The position numbers and the translations under genes are program-made. Positions 1 to 3,198 of a stretch of DNA of 3,198 nt are shown here, piece by piece. The stretch lies in the NCBI RefSeq assembly GCF_003334255.1, contig NZ_QOWU01000128.1; one strand, given 5' to 3'. The stretch's first letter is position 1; each line of letters begins with the position of its first letter. The stretch is from Escherichia coli. GTDB taxonomy: Bacteria; Pseudomonadota; Gammaproteobacteria; Enterobacterales; Enterobacteriaceae. The notes beneath the pieces were generated by a model, which did no database searches, was not told where the DNA came from, and saw only the letters and a program-made list of their open reading frames with translations.

Positions 1-80
1 ACTACCATCGGCGCTACGGCGTTTCACTTCTGAGTTCGGCATGGGGTCAGGTGGGACCACCGCGCTACTGCCGCCAGGCA
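1..80 (-). rRNA. rrf: 5S ribosomal RNA, 5' 80 nt only (3' ~40 nt lie beyond the window start)
   Basis: Reverse complement of 1..80 reads TGCCTGGCGGCAGTAGCGCGGTGGTCCCACCTGACCCCATGCCGAACTCAGAAGTGAAACGCCGTAGCGCCGATGGTAGT, which matches my recollection of the first 80 nt of E. coli 5S rRNA. Position 80 corresponds to 5S nucleotide 1. Confidence 0.95.
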
Positions 81-172
81 AATTCTGTTTTATCAGACCG
101 CTTCTGCGTTCTGATTTAATCTGTATCAGGCTGAAAATCTTCTCTCATCCGCCAAAACAGCTTCGGCGTTGT
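81..172 (-). other. 23S-5S intergenic spacer (precursor rRNA, processed)
   Basis: 92 nt between the 23S 3' end and the 5S 5' end. Reverse complement reads ACAACGCCGAAGCTGTTTTGGCGGATGAGAGAAGATTTTCAGCCTGATACAGATTAAATCAGAACGCAGAAGCGGTCTGATAAAACAGAATT, which matches the E. coli rrnB-type spacer as I recall it (the same stretch is carried on common rrnB-terminator expression vectors). Confidence 0.85.

Positions 173-181
<9 letters not shown>
158..181 (-). other. 3' strand of the 23S precursor processing stem (RNase III-type)
   Basis: Transcript sequence ..CUUAACCUU/ACAACGCCGAAGCUG (23S 3' end plus flank) is complementary to the 5' flank plus 23S 5' end at 3068..3092. See the partner feature. Confidence 0.6.
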
Positions 182-3067
<2,886 letters not shown>

Positions 3068-3076
<9 letters not shown>

Positions 3077-3092
3077 TCACAACCCGAAGATG
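3068..3092 (-). other. 5' strand of the 23S precursor processing stem (RNase III-type)
   Basis: Transcript CAUCUUCGGGUUGUGA/GGUUAAGCG pairs with 158..181. CUUCGG pairs with CCGAAG, GUUGU with ACAAC, and GAGGUUAAG with CUUAACCUU (one G-U wobble, one G-G mismatch), so the mature 23S 5' and 3' ends are brought together. Confidence 0.6.
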
Positions 3093-3137
3093 TTTCTTAC
3101 GATTCATCATCGTGTTGCGAAAATTTGAGAGACTCAC

Positions 3138-3155
3138 GAACAACTTTCGTTGTTC
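3138..3155 (-). other. Spacer RNA hairpin: 7-bp stem with GAAA tetraloop
   Basis: Plus strand gaacaac-tttc-gttgttc is a perfect inverted repeat. In the transcript it reads GAACAAC GAAA GUUGUUC and sits about 30 nt downstream of the boxA-like element. Whether it is a boxB/boxC-like or processing structure is inference. Confidence 0.4.
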
Positions 3156-3184
3156 AGTGTTTCAATTTTCAGCTTGATCCAGAT

Positions 3185-3196
3185 TTTTAAAGAGCA
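3185..3196 (-). promoter_or_regulatory. boxA-like element (rrn antitermination / Nus-factor binding motif) in the spacer RNA
   Basis: Reverse complement of 3185..3196 is TGCTCTTTAAAA, an 11 of 12 match to the rrn leader boxA core TGCTCTTTAACA as I recall it. E. coli rrn operons are known to carry a second boxA in the 16S-23S spacer. Confidence 0.5.
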
Positions 3197-3198
3197 AA

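Larger units (their letters stand above)
3077..3198 (-). other. 16S-23S internal transcribed spacer, 23S-proximal portion (continues beyond the window end)
   Basis: Reverse complement reads TTTGCTCTTTAAAAATCTGGATCAAGCTGAAAATTGAAACACTGAACAACGAAAGTTGTTCGTGAGTCTCTCAAATTTTCGCAACACGATGATGAATCGTAAGAAACATCTTCGGGTTGTGA followed directly by the 23S 5' end. This is typical enterobacterial spacer sequence lying between the spacer tRNA(s) and 23S; the tRNA itself is outside the window. Confidence 0.85.

Noticed and set aside
81-172. Possible small ORF, promoter or sRNA in the 23S-5S spacer
   Set aside because: The spacer is only 92 nt, is co-transcribed within the pre-rRNA, and matches the known processed spacer. 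No independent -35/-10 plus start codon arrangement is evident.

Overview
The whole window is the reverse complement of a ribosomal RNA operon segment of Escherichia/Shigella type (Enterobacteriaceae); everything is transcribed from the minus strand. In transcript order (high to low coordinates) it holds the distal 16S-23S spacer (3198..3077), a complete canonical-length 23S rRNA of about 2904 nt (3076..173), the 23S-5S spacer (172..81), and the first 80 nt of 5S rRNA (80..1, cut by the window edge). I see no credible protein-coding gene, mobile element, CRISPR array or defence system: all ten ORFs in the supplied track lie antisense inside the rRNA and are artefacts. I therefore do not find a novel biological system here; this is a core housekeeping locus. 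What merits a second look is small: an apparent compensatory variant in 23S helix 98, the long-range 23S processing stem formed by the two flanks, a boxA-like element plus a GAAA-tetraloop hairpin in the spacer, and wild-type bases at the antibiotic-resistance positions. Identifications rest on recalled E. coli rRNA sequence and on E. coli numbering being internally consistent; no database search was run.
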